64,000 nucleotides of DNA from Selaginella moellendorffii (taxonomy: Eukaryota; Plantae; Lycopodiophyta): contig NW_003314303.1 of NCBI RefSeq assembly GCF_000143415.4, positions 97,579-161,578 on the forward strand, read 5' to 3'. The stretch's first letter is position 1; the number at the start of each line of letters is the position of its first letter. Shown piece after piece: positions 24,993 to 37,586 of this stretch. Under the pieces are notes generated by a model. The model saw only the letters and a list, made by a program, of their open reading frames with translations, ran no database searches and had not been told where the DNA came from. The position numbers and the translations under genes were made by a program.

Positions 24993-26623
24993 ATGGCGGC
25001 TGCAAGTAGCAGCTGCATCGCTCTGGCTTCCATCCGCATCGGTGCTGTTCCGGCGAGAGGCTTGGTTCCATTTCCTCGTCGCCAGGTAGATTGACCTTAG
25101 TATAGCTTTTCCAATCCAAAGTTTCCCAACTTCTTCAGGCGAGACTCCGGCTTTGCCTCGATGTGATCACGGCTGGAGCAATCGCCAGCGATCAAGCAGC
25201 CGAGAGGGAGGTCGTCATGACTCCGGGATTCACACAGATGGGCGAGCCAGTAAGTGATTTCAATTCATCATCCAAATTATCAGTTCTAGAAAAGTTTCTA
25301 ATGATACTTCTTGCTTATCTTCCGAAGGTTCCTGCCAGCATGGTGTTGAACGACGTTGTCAAGACGCTCCCAAAGGAGGTAAACAAAGATCATCAAAAAC
25401 CTTGGAGCTAAAGGTTTCGTGCTAACTTGTGTGATCAGGTGTTTGACGTGGATGATTTCAAGGCATGGAAAACTGTGGCCATCACGGTGTCGGCCCTGGT
25501 TACTGGATATGCAGCCCTGGCCGTAGCTCCATGGTATCTCTACCCTTTTATCTACGCGTTCCTGGGCACCGCCGCCACTGGGCTCTTTGTCATCGGTCAC
25601 GACTGCGGCCATAACTCCTTCTCCAAATCCCAGCTCGTGAATGACATCGTCGGCAATGCGGTCATGACTCCACTCGTCTTCCCGTTCGAGCCGTGGAGAA
25701 TAAAGCACAACACTCACCATGCACACACCAACAAGTAAGCTTCTCGCGTTTCTTCCAGGATCCTCTGGGGATCTTTCAAGGCTTTGGATCGTTTTCTGTG
25801 CTTTTTCTCCCGCATTCAATGCTAACGTGATTCTTCTCCCTGCGATTGTGCAGGCTGATTATGGACACGGCATGGCAGCCATTCCGGCCACACCAGTTTG
25901 ACAATGCGGACAGGATTGGCCAGGCGATGATGCGTGCAACAATGGGTCCTCTCTGGTGGATGGCCTCCATCGGACACTGGCTCTTCTGGCATTTCGATCT
26001 CAACAAGTTCCGCCCCCAGGAGCATGCCAAAGTCAAGGTAATATTATCTATCTATCATCTTTTTAAGAAAGTTGACGGACAATGCTTGCCTTCTTCAGAC
26101 GAGCATTGCGGCTTGCTACGCTTTTGGGCTTTTGGTTTTGCTGCCCCTGTTGGTGACCCAAGGGCCCGTTGGTTTCGTCAAGTGGTGGCTGCTCCCATGG
26201 CTGGGCTTCCACTTCTGGATGAGCACTTTCACCCTCGTCCACCACACGGCTCCACACATCCCCTTCAAGCAGAACCGCGAGTGGAACGCCGTGGGAGCTC
26301 AACTTGCTGGAACTGTTCACTGCGAATACCCCGCATGGTACGTAAACACATCCTCATTTCTCGAGAATCTCCTACAAAGTTTGGGTTTTTACCACAGGAT
26401 CGATTTCCTGTGCCACGACATTAGCGTCCACATTCCTCACCACCTTTCCACCAAGATCCCAAGTTACAACTTGCGAGCCGGGCACGCATCGCTTCTCCAG
26501 AACTGGGACCGCCACCTCAACAAGGCCGTGTTTGGGGTTCCGCTCATGACCACCATCCTGACGCAATGCAATCTCTTCGACGCAGAAAAGAAGCAATGGG
26601 TGGGATTCGACAACCGGGCCTGA
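24993..26623 (+). CDS. FAD6: Chloroplast omega-6 fatty acid desaturase, copy B (inverted paralog)
   Basis: Same motifs and exon structure as copy A, with ATG at 24993, TGA at 26621-26623 and a TATA element at ~24928. Confidence 0.9.
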
Positions 26624-26875
26624 AAGAGTCCACGATGGCACAAATGATAATTTTTTCATCATTTATTCGCTCGTGTAGTGTTCTCTTCAAGAATTATTTT
26701 ATTTTTATTTTCGAGATTTTCATCTGTAAGAACGTTTTGATAACAAAAAGGTTTTTATTCTTCTCATTACAACCATTTTAAACCATTTATTATAAACGCG
26801 AAATTGTCCCGTGAGGAAAAATTGGGTCTGAAGTTCAAGAAAAGGAAGAAAAACGAAGGTGGACGAGCGGGAGGG

Positions 26876-28704
26876 CTACTTTGAACGATAGCAAGCTCTC
26901 TTAGCGGCCCGAACAATGTCTTCGATCTAAATCAACCATACACACGATTGACGAAACGAAAAAAGATAGAAGAAGCGAAATTTTTTTACCTGAGGAAGCG
27001 CCAAGCGTTCCAAGTTCGCAGCGTAAGGCATTGGAATGTCAGCACCGGAAATCCTCTCGATTGGAGCATCCAAGTAGTCAAAGCTTTCCTCCTGGACGCT
27101 AGCACTGCACAAGAGTTTCACCATGTCGCTCGAGGAAAAGAAACGAGCATCGCAGACTTACCAGACTTCGGCACAAACGCCGTGCTGTGGCCACCCCTCC
27201 TCCACAGCAACGAGACGGTATGTCTTTCTCACTGATGCGTTGATGGTCTCTCTGTCAAGCGGACGTATGGAGCGAAGATTGATCACTTCCGCCTTGATGC
27301 CGTCCTTGGCCAACTCGTCAGCAGCCTAGTAGAAGATCGTATGATTTTAGACACGGAAAGACGAAATCAAGGAAATGACTTACTTTTAGCGCAAAACCAA
27401 CCATCTTCGAGAAAGCAGTGATCGTTACATCAGTTCCTTCTCGTTCCACCTACAGCAGACTCAAAAACATTACTCACTAGAGAAACAGGAAAAAACTCTA
27501 CCTTGGCCTTTCCTATCGGTAGAGTGAAGTTTGGATCCCGAACTTGTGAGGACACTGGGAAGTTCTCCCCGTACCTACAAAAAATAAAACTATATGAGAC
27601 AAGTCCGAGTTGCATTGTTCCACTTACAGCAACTCGTTTTCCAAAAACACGACAGGATCGGGATCCCTGATTGCTGCTTTCAAAAGGCCTCGTGCATCTT
27701 CCGCCGAGTATGGAGTCACGACTTTTAGCCCCGGACAGGACCCGTACCATGCTGCAAAGCACTGAAAGGATGAAAATAAAAATGGAGCCAACTCTCGCAG
27801 AACAGAGCGCTCACCTGTGAGTGTTGAGCACCAACACCGGCAGCTGCACCATTGGGACCCCGAAATACAATGGGAACAGATATTTGCCCTCCGGACATAT
27901 AGTATGTCTTTGCTGCAGAGTTGATGATGTGATCAATAGCCTAAAATCACCACGAACAAGACTTAGAAAAAAACGTAAACATGATAAGCATCTACCTGCA
28001 TAGCAAAGTTGAACGTCATGAACTCCACGATAGGCTTGAGGCCTTGAAACGCCGCTCCAACACCGATGCCAGTAAAACCAGCCTGAGAAGTCCAGTCCAT
28101 TCATTACGATCTTCGCAACTTGATAAAATCAAAGCACTCACTTCTGTGATAGGCGTGTCCAGCACCCGGTCAGGTCCGTATTTTTGCAACAATCCTTTTG
28201 TGACCTTTAGTCCAGACATTTGTTACCACGTAAGTCTACACACAGAAGACAAAGAAAGTGCTCACCTTGTAAGCGCCTTGATACTCTCCAACCTGGACAC
28301 ATTCATTCCCATCAAGGAATGGAAAGAAAAAAGCATCGATAAAGGAGAAAGCATACCTCTTCTCCCATCACAAACACTTTAGGATCGGCAGCCATCTCCT
28401 CGTCAATGGCGGAGTTGAGCGCATCACGAACAGTCATCTAGTTTAATCAAAGAAGAAAGCTTCAGTATCAAAGCTTGAAAAAGAAGAAAATTAAGCTGCC
28501 CGACCTGATCTCCACTGGCAGCTGCTAGATTCCTGACGCTCATCCATTTTGTCTGCCGCACCGACCAAACGATAAGAACACCCGAGGAATCGCAAAGGAA
28601 TGCGAGCTGCTGTGCCCTAGTCCTCGCATTGGAAGAGGATTTCTTACCAGGGATCTCCGGCAGGGCAAATGACGAGACGAGGAGCGCACAATCCCCGGCA
28701 ACAT
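26876..28704 (-). CDS. PDHB: Pyruvate dehydrogenase E1 beta subunit, mitochondrial; multi-exon
   Basis: Exons encode [53 protein letters not shown] and [23 protein letters not shown], with an Arg/Ser-rich presequence from ATG 28704. Confidence 0.93.
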
Positions 28705-28993
28705 AGCTCCGCAATCCGCCGATCAAGCGCCGCGCCCGCGATTGGAAGAACAAGCGCTCCGCGATTTCCCTCCCTGTGCTCTTCGCTTTACCACATTCCT
28801 AATTTCAGGGTTGACAAGAGCATTGTTAGGGATTTGCGTGTTCATCCGATGGGATATTCCATCCAGCAAAACGGAACATTCCGCTAGAACTAGTGACGAA
28901 GAACATTCCGTTGGCCGAGGGAATCTTAGGGCTTTGGAAATTATTTTAAAAAACAGGGGCTTTCTCTCTTCTTTCTTCCTCCTCTGGCGAGCG

Positions 28994-30432
28994 ATGGACG
29001 AGAGCGTTGTGATGCGCCGGATCATCCCCGCGGACAACAGTTGTCTCTTCAATGCGGTCGGGTATGGCGCTCGTAGATGAGTGACGATTCGCGATTTCTA
29101 GGGCTCTTGCGCTTTGGTCCAGGTACGTGATGGAGCATAACAAGAGCAAATCCTCGGAATTGAGAGAGGTTTGCACAGATCTAGCCGCTGCTCCGCCGCA
29201 TTTCGCTGACGCATTGCGATTCTTCCAGGTTATCGCCGCCACTGTGATTAGCGATCCCGAATCTTACAATGAGGCATTCCTTGGCAAGCCAAACGGCGAC
29301 TATTGCCAGTGGATACTTAATCCCGAGAAATGGGGAGGTTTGTAGAGAAAAACTCGCGACTTTCCTTCTTTGTTCTTGCTATTTTTTTTTCTCCTTTGTA
29401 GTTGCTTTGTTCTTGGATAGGAGCGATTGAGCTCGTGATTGTTCTTGCTCGTTATTTTTTTTCTTTGAAGTTGCTAAAAAATTTGTTCTTGGATAGGAGC
29501 GATTGAGCTCGCGATTGTTCTTGCTCGTTCTTTTTTTTCCTTTGTAGTTGCTAAAACTTTGTTCTTGGACAGGAGCGATTGAGCTCGCGATTGTTCTTGC
29601 TGTTTATTTTCTTGCTTTGTAGCTGCTAAAACTTTGTTCTTGGATAGGAGCGATTGAGCTCGCGATTGTTCTTGCTCTTTATTGTTTTTCTTTGTGGCTA
29701 AGAATCTTTTTTCCTGGATAGGAGCGATTGAGCTCGCGATTTTGTCGGCCTATTATAGACGCGAGATAGCTGCATATGATATTCAAACCACACGCTGTGA
29801 TCTCTATGGCCAGGTACTGAGAAATCGAAAAGAATGGAGCTCGTTGCAATGCTCAAAGTGATGATTTTTCTTGTTTCTGGGCAGGATAAAAGCTACCAAG
29901 AGCGTGTCATGGTTATCTATGATGGATTGCACTATGATGCTCTTGCGGTACGTATTTTTCTCGAGAAAAAAGGAGTGAGATGAGAGAAGCTCGTTTTCAA
30001 GACACTGAGAACTACTCTCGCAGTTGGCTCCTTTTGCGGGTGCTCCTGAAGACGTCGATCAAACAGTTTTCAAGGTGGACAAGTATGGCCACATTGGTCC
30101 AGCCGAGCGTTTGGCAGTGAAACTAGTCGAGGAATCTCACAGGTTTCTTAAGTTTCACAGTGTAGTTTCGATTGTTTCTCAACCTTGAATCTTATGACTT
30201 ATATAGGAACCGGAAGTTCACAGATACTGCGAGCTTCACGCTGCGTTGTGGGATTTGCCAAGAAGGCGTGGTGGGACAAAAGGTACGAGCTCCATTTTTC
30301 TCTGCGGCTTGTTCGATCTTCTCGCACAACTTTTCACCAGGAACTTACGTGAAGTCTATGGTTCTTTTGGTGTAGGAAGCTGTGGAGCACGCGAAGCTCA
30401 CCGGGCACACCAATTTCCAGGAGTTTAGATAA
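28994..30432 (+). CDS. OTU-domain deubiquitinase (OTU1/YOD1-type) with C-terminal C2H2 zinc finger
   Basis: Catalytic-Cys motif IPADNSCLFNA, WG/GAIELAIL, YDGLHYDALA, and LRCGIC...EHAKLTGHTNFQE. Confidence 0.92.
29385..29741 (+). repeat. ~75-bp tandem repeat (5 copies) spanning an intron-exon junction of the OTU gene
   Basis: TTCTTGGATAG|GAGCGATTGAGCTCGCGATT recurs with AG at 29419, 29495, 29571, 29646 and 29720. Confidence 0.92.
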
Positions 30433-33400
30433 CACTGTGAAGTTGGAGTGAGAACTGTGAGTATCACACAAGAACTAGACAACACTGTTACTATAGCGAG
30501 ACAAGCTTTGGATCTCTCGTCCTGTTCTACCTTTTGGTGGTTTTTGACGAGAGATTACGTGTTGTAATACTACTGCAACGTACGCCGTTGGATGTGTGAC
30601 GCGTGTCGTATCCAACGGCTCTGAACCGTATTTTGCATCGACCTTGCCAACCATTATTTTTACCAGGCGCTAGGGTTTTAGCGTGGCGCTCTGGCGCGAT
30701 CGATGGTGCGATGGCGCTGTGCTGCGGCGCTGACGATCTTGCCGATCGTTGGCTGTAATGCGCATTCATCGCGGGCGTGCTCTCGTCGGTATTGGATTCT
30801 TTCCGACACTGTCGCTGACCGATTTTGGGTACTAGGTCCCGGATCGGATTATCTGGATGCGATCAAGCAAAGGATGTAGCGAATGCCGCGAGCGAGCGAT
30901 CGCCAGATAAGTTCTCGCTCCCTCAATCTCTCTAGGATTGCATGGAGTTTAGATTGTTCTTGTGTGTGATTGATTGGGAATGTGTTTGATTAATCACCCC
31001 CAAATGTTTTTGATTTTTATATTTCTTGCGACTGTCCATCCTTGGTGGGCATATGTCCAGTGTCTTTTCTGGTCTGCGAATGTTTGAGGAACGATTCCCC
31101 TAGCTTGGCTTTGGACAAAAGCCAGCCTTTTCAGATAAGTCGGCTTGAGAGGCAACTAACTATGATGATTGTCGATCGATGCGTGCTTTTGCCTTACCTG
31201 TATTCTTCTTTTTCCTCGCATTGTTTGCCTCGGTTTGAGCCGAGGCGAGAGAGAGAGAGAGAGAAAGATAGAGTTTTTGCCCGCTCTTGAACACAAAGCG
31301 TCTACATTATATCGTATGCGCATAAAGATGACTGCTGTCGAGTCCTCCTAGTGGCAGTTAAACTGGGACCAGTTTTAACAACCTTTTGTGGTGGGCTCAC
31401 GACAAGCTGGAGCCGCTGGTTGTGGCTCCGTGTGAGATATGCTGCTGCTGATATGTATGTGCTATAGGGGCCCGTGCGCACGCTATCCCCTTCCCTTAGA
31501 AAAAAGAAGAATGCTTTGGGTCCCGCGCGACATTCTCGTGAGATGGAAAAGGAGTCGTCCCTCCCTTCCCTCCCCTTCCCCCCAAGTTTTTAAGCCTCTC
31601 TCTCCACACTAAATGATTTTTAGTATTGACTATTTGCCTGTGCCTGTGGTTTCTTCTGGCTTGCCTGTTTCGTTGTCTGGCTTGGGCCTCCCTACCTAGT
31701 CTGAGTTCTAGAACTGTTGCATTGCCAGGGTCTAGTTTACTTTCACATCATACCTATGGACATCATAGGATGTTTGTACTGTGGTGTTGGGGGCTTCCAG
31801 CATGCAGGTCTACGGGGGTGTGCTGCTGTGCTGTGTGCACTGTTGGGGTTTTGTTTGCCTTCTTTCTAACTGTGAAAGGATACAAATCACTGCACTGGCT
31901 TCCCTCCTAGTACCTCACATGCATTTGATCATCATGTGTGGCCTACTTACTCGGTCTTAGCTTACACCCGGCCAATTGTCTCTACATGCATTACCAGTTG
32001 AATCAATGAATGCGTATCAGCTGGTCAGCCAGACGAACCGAGAAAAATTTAAAAACTGAGCTCGACACTTGATGTGTCGAATGGATGGGAATGTTTAGGA
32101 TCCGTCACGACCACACGTTGTGTGCGTGACATGTAAGATATGCGATCAGATATGGCTCTTGGAAGAGTGTGATCTCCTCTTTCCGTTCGTAGAATTACTA
32201 AATAGCGACTACAGCTACAAGGGGGAAAGCCTCCTTTAATCTCATGCTGATTGTCGGCATTGCATCCTGACTGTTCTGCAATCTTTGATGTAGATAGCTA
32301 TCGGCTTACAACCCCGTACTGGCTATAGAGCCAGCTTTGGCTTGTTCTTGGTTGTCCTTCTTGGTTCTTTAAAGCAATTTGAGTGATTACTATATTCTAG
32401 CTCAGAACTCAGAAGTTCATAGCTTCTAATAATAAAATTTGGATGTTTTTTGCAGGGAAAATCTCACCGCAGTAGCTGGTTCTGCTTGTACTGGTGGCTG
32501 CTGATGATGGGAACTGGTGAACAGAAGCGAAGAGATACAAGTAGGTAGGGGCCTCAACTCTCACAGCGCTGAAGCAGCTATACTCTGCACCGCAAACTTA
32601 ATGACAAGTTTGGAACAGCAGGTGTGTATTGGTGCAAGGAAGATGGGATTGGAGTCGGGAGTGGATGGATGGGATGGGACTGGTAAAGCAGTCTCTGCTC
32701 GGGTGTGCCAGAGAAGGCGGAGACTCTCTCATCTCACAAGAGCTGAGATGTGACTCTTCACTTAGTCCTTGGTAGAGCTGGGAAGGAAAGAAGACCCCTT
32801 CATAGAGAGCCTGCCCGTGGTATGTACAACGATCACATTTTACTCTCTTTGACAAAGACGATCTGGGGAGAATCTATTTGACTCAGACTAGATACGAACA
32901 AATTTTCTAAAGGAAATCGAAATCGGCAGAGAATATGATATGAATGCTACAAGAAAAGCGGAGGTGAGGTATATAATATTGTTTCATTACGCTTTATTAA
33001 TGTTTTGTTTTGTTTTTTCATTCTTGTGTATGCAGTGATTCTGTTAGCAACATTGGTTTGAGTAGCCAACCGGCCAGCCTGCCTACCACTAGCCAGCCAC
33101 CGTTGGAAAGAATGCCAAGTTTCGGCTGAAGTACATGCACAAAAATACATGGAACCAACTCTGGTGTTTGAGAAAGGAAGATGCCTTTTCCGGTTTCCAA
33201 AACAACCCCGGAGGGAGCGGAAGCATGGAAGGTGAACAATGCGGAAGCAGCAACGAATATAGGGACAAAGGCAACAAAAAACAAGACACATTCCGTGAGA
33301 TATTACTAGTTTATCGACACCGAGGTAACGCGGACTTACACACAAACTGCAGGGAACATCTGGCTGGGGAGCAGACACCAGGCAAGTAAGCAGATTTCCT

Positions 33401-36400
33401 ACTTAAAAAACAGGGAGGGAGAGAGGGGCCCTGATACTTTTCAATTTAAATGCTTACAGCCAGCAAAGGTTTCCTGCTATGGGCTTGATGAGAGCCCCTC
33501 AAAAGCAGCGGGTCTGTGCAAGTGGTGGCGGTTTCTTCGACTGCAGCACGCTGAGCTACTCCCAAGGTAGAGTTAACTAAAGTAAGACCCGTGTTGCATT
33601 TGCATCATCGTTACAGTAGTAGCTGCGATTCTGCGAACTCTCTTTCTAGAAATATGTTTGTATAAGCAGCTCTCCTAATCTTGTGTGTTTTTCTTGTCAT
33701 CTCAGCTGTGCCTCGGTAAGGTCCCTTGTGCACGCCATGGCTGGTACCATCATCATGTCGACCATATGGCTTGTCAAGTCGTGCCCGTTTATGCTCCAGT
33801 TTGGGCTTCCTTTCTGGCCCAGGCGGGGAGCCACACTTGCCACGGCTCCAGAACTTTGAAATCAACCAGCAGGAAGGTAAGCTCTCGCTCTGTTTGACTT
33901 GCTTTTTGAGCTGGCTTGGCTAATGCATTTTAGGACGCCAATAATGAGTGAGTGTGGTTGACTGTCTCGCTACTGTGTTGTTTGTGTTCGAAAAGAAGCA
34001 TTTTGATGGTGGCTCTTCATGCAATTGTTTTTGACTGATTTGATAGATTCGGCTATTCTTACGTTCTTGTGGTCTTGGTCTCGGTCTTTTACGGTATTGG
34101 CCGCAGTTTTTTTATGATATCTTTGTGATTGTGGGGGATGGCTGATTGGCATTACGTCACGGGCAGGATAGAGGCTTGGCTCATTGTCATCGTCTCGAGT
34201 CTCGACTTTTTCTTTTCGCCTTGGCTTGCTGCGGGCTGATGCTACTACTGCTACTACTTATCCTCGTCACTCTTTCTCTCTCCTGGCAGTAGCATGCTGC
34301 GTGTCGAAGCTTTGGATGGCAATAGATCGAGATGTGGAATCGTCTATCGAGTGGTATGATATTATGCTGTTTCGTCGTGATTTTCACTTCTCTTTAGCGT
34401 GCGTGGGCTTGTTGGGCTGGTATTTCATGGGCTCTGTGTCGTGTGGCCGACATGCTCGACTTACGAGACATGGGGCTCACGTCCGACCACCAGGTACGTG
34501 GTTCTCTCTTCTTTTTTTCCATTTGATTTTTATTTCTCACAATTATCCTTAACTTGTACTATTTCATTGAAAAGCAGGAGTCTGAAATGAATACTTACAG
34601 CAGTTTTACTGGAGAAAAGAAGGAAAAGAGGCGAATTTCCTGGTTTTGGAGAATCTAATTCAGTTGCAGGTGCATCACTTATGTCGCATGAATAATGCAA
34701 GGAGAAATCAGGCGAGCACATGAGGTAGGCTCCCACAATCCCCACTACTCGGCGGTTGACTCTTGCTTTTTTAGTGCAGATTTTGGAAGTTGACTGGAGG
34801 AGCTGGAAAAAAAAACTGGCAAATAGTTTATGGCACAGGAACGATTCAGGTAGGAGCGAATGACTTATCTCTGCCTGGTTTTTTTTGGTTTTGATAGCGT
34901 ATCCTTCCTTCTCTGGTGGTGGTGTAGCTAGCTAGTTGCTGCTTGTGGCTGTTCCCTGTTCCCTCCTTGTCTGTGTGTCCTGCTTCTTTTGGAATGACCC
35001 TGGGAACTTTTGAGTTTCCTTAAGAGTCCCTTTACGGTCATCTCAGCGTTCTAGTGAGTGTTCTTCCAGCCGTGTCAATGAGTGAGTGTGTAAAAGGTGG
35101 CTACGCGTCTCTCTTCCTTTTGTATGCTTCTCTTCTTTTTCGAGCAGTGTCCCGGGTTTGTTTTTCTCTCTCAGTACTTTTAATCTGTTTGTCCGTCCAG
35201 GTTCTCCTGATGCTTGATTGTATCTTGGTGTTACTTACACTTCCACACAGGAGGAGGAGGACCTCGCTGCTCATCATTTGGCGCCTTAAATGCGAAACAC
35301 TCTTCCTCGTCTCCCTCGGAAACGAGGCGATGGATCGCGAAGGTTTGGGGATCCGTGTCGCAATTCCTTTCCTCCCTACAGTGCGCGCTAACATGATGCT
35401 GCAGGAGTACACACACCAAAGCCAAAGGTTCTATGCCAGGAAGGAGTTTTGGGACCCATCCATGTTAAAACACCGCGCATTTTCTCCGCGAGCATTTTAT
35501 TCACTTGGATCACCGACAGGATTGTTCCAACGATCAGACAAACAAAACCGTTTAAGAGCGGCCAAAGTTTGTGTGTGTGTGTGTGTTTTTGTTTTCTTAC
35601 TCTAGGCAATGTTGTTCTTAAACACTATAGAATAAAAGGTGGTGGTGGCGTCACCCATTTGATCCTTGCGCTTGCTTGCATCATTGCATTCCTCAAACCC
35701 ATCAAAACTTCCAGTCAACTTTGGCAATCGCCACCCAAACCTTCCAAGACTTGGAATCCATCTTTGTTTTGAGGAGCATGCCACGATTCCACAGTCCAAT
35801 TTGGATTTTAATTTGGAAGCCAAAGCAGAAAGCCCCCAAATTCCATGCATGATTGCCACTCCCAAACAGGCGAATCATTCAAAACCTTTCAGCCTCATAG
35901 AGCGAGGTCCACCACCATTGACGCTGGGCCGCGCTCGATCCTCCCCTACATGCCATGATCTACGGATCAATCCCGTGGAGGGATCTCGCCTTTGGTCGAT
36001 CGAGCGATCCCATAGGCTCCATTCAATCGCGCTTATCAGAGGTGGCGAGGTTCTTTTAGGTTTTAGGGCTCTCTTGGGGGTCCCGCCCCGCCAGCGGCGC
36101 CGCTCACAGGTGGCGCCGCCGGCGGCGCCGCTGTACAGAGGCACAAGGGCAGTCTATAAGAAGCACAGCCATCAACCTCATTTCCAGTCACTCACTCATT
36201 CGTTTGTTCGTTGGTTCGCTCGCTTTCGCCCGCCCAGAGCTCCGAGCTCCTCTTTCTCTCTTCTTCTCTCTCCTCTCGCTCTTTTTCGATCCACCACAAA
36301 CTCACACAAGTCTCTCCCCATTTGTTCCTTCCCCGTTTTTCTGTTTTTCTTGGTTTGGGCCTGAGCGCTCCAGGCTTTCGCGAGGCACTTTTTTTTTTTC

Positions 36401-37320
36401 TTCTTTGGATCGTTCTTGCGGGGCTGGTGTTGCTGCTCGAGCGAGATCGATTGGTTTTGGACTTGGATTGCTTGGCTTTGCTTCGAGTGATCCACGCTTG
36501 ATATCCTTTCATGGTGGAATGCAAATCACTGAGGTACAGGCGTGGATTACCGGCTCGTGCTTGCTGAGAGAGAAAGGATGGGATTGCTTGCCTGATCATT
36601 GCGGTTTGTGGGCTTCTCAAGATTGTGGTTTTTTTTTTCTTTCTTTTTTTTTCTTTCACTTTCGCTGCTGTTGATGGTTCTGGTGATGTTGTCTCGAGGG
36701 AAGACGCTCGCTTGCGCTGGCTGGCTGTTTTGCTGCCTGCGCTGCTTTCATTCACTCTCTCTTTCAATGGGCTCGCCTTTGTTTGCTTGCTCCTTTTGCT
36801 TTTCTGAATCTATCTGTCTGCATCCACCACTTGGTCCATCCCTCGCTTTGGCATTTTGCTTCCTTTGATGTTTGCCTCTCCAACTGCAGGGCTGCTCGTT
36901 TCACTGATCCCCACTCCAGCTTTCATTCTCTCTTTTCAATCGTCGCATAGTTCTCGTCCTCCTTCGCTTTCCATGGCGTTGTTGAGAGAAAAGCCAGTGT
37001 GGTCGTTTCCAAATCGTCCTTGTGCACCCTCCCTGCAAATTCCCGTCCGTGACAGAATCCCAAAGCTCGATTCTTTCCGCCCACAGTCATGTCCTCTTCA
37101 TTTCGCTCATTTACTGCAATTCTTGGGGTTTGAAAGCACGCGTGCGTCGAGAATTCGATCCGAGCCGCGGAGGACTTGAGAAGCAACGTCAGCAATCGGC
37201 GCTGGGAGAGGTCTGTGTTTCTTTCCTGCGATGATCTTCCCTGCGCGAATGACACACACATACGATAGTTTTGAGAGGCCTCGAGGTTTTGAGCTATGGT
37301 GTGTCGGGCTTTGGCTTGCA

Positions 37321-37586
37321 GGGGGAGCTCCCTTCAATTCAACTGAGGTCGGTGCGTCGCTGTTACTCGCTGCTGACTCATGCATTCGCCTGACATGCCC
37401 GCAACCATCATCAGATCGTGATCAGGACACGCCGAAAACATGCCCGTGATCACCTCCGCAACTCTCTGATCTCGGCGAGGTTGATCACAGAATCCCCCGA
37501 GTTTGAGGCATGGCAGCCGTGTGCATGATGCAGGAGCAGGTGCGGCTTCGGCTCTGAACTTCCCTTGGATTGAAGGGAGCTCCCTT
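37321..37586 (+). ncRNA. MIR159: MIR159 (miR159/319 family) precursor hairpin; mature miRNA at 37564-37584
   Basis: Mature CTTGGATTGAAGGGAGCTCCC pairs with GGGAGCTCCCTTCAATTCAA (37323-37342). The family-typical upper duplex GCTGCTGACTCATGCA / TGCATGATGCAGGAGC is also present. Confidence 0.95.

Noticed and set aside
29385-29741. CRISPR-like repeat/spacer appearance
   Set aside because: The 'spacers' are homologous pyrimidine tracts, the repeat is a splice junction of a eukaryotic gene, and there are no cas genes.
35054-37449. ORFs of 100-230 aa upstream of MIR159
   Set aside because: They are low-complexity translations of CT/GA-rich leader sequence, mostly with non-ATG starts.
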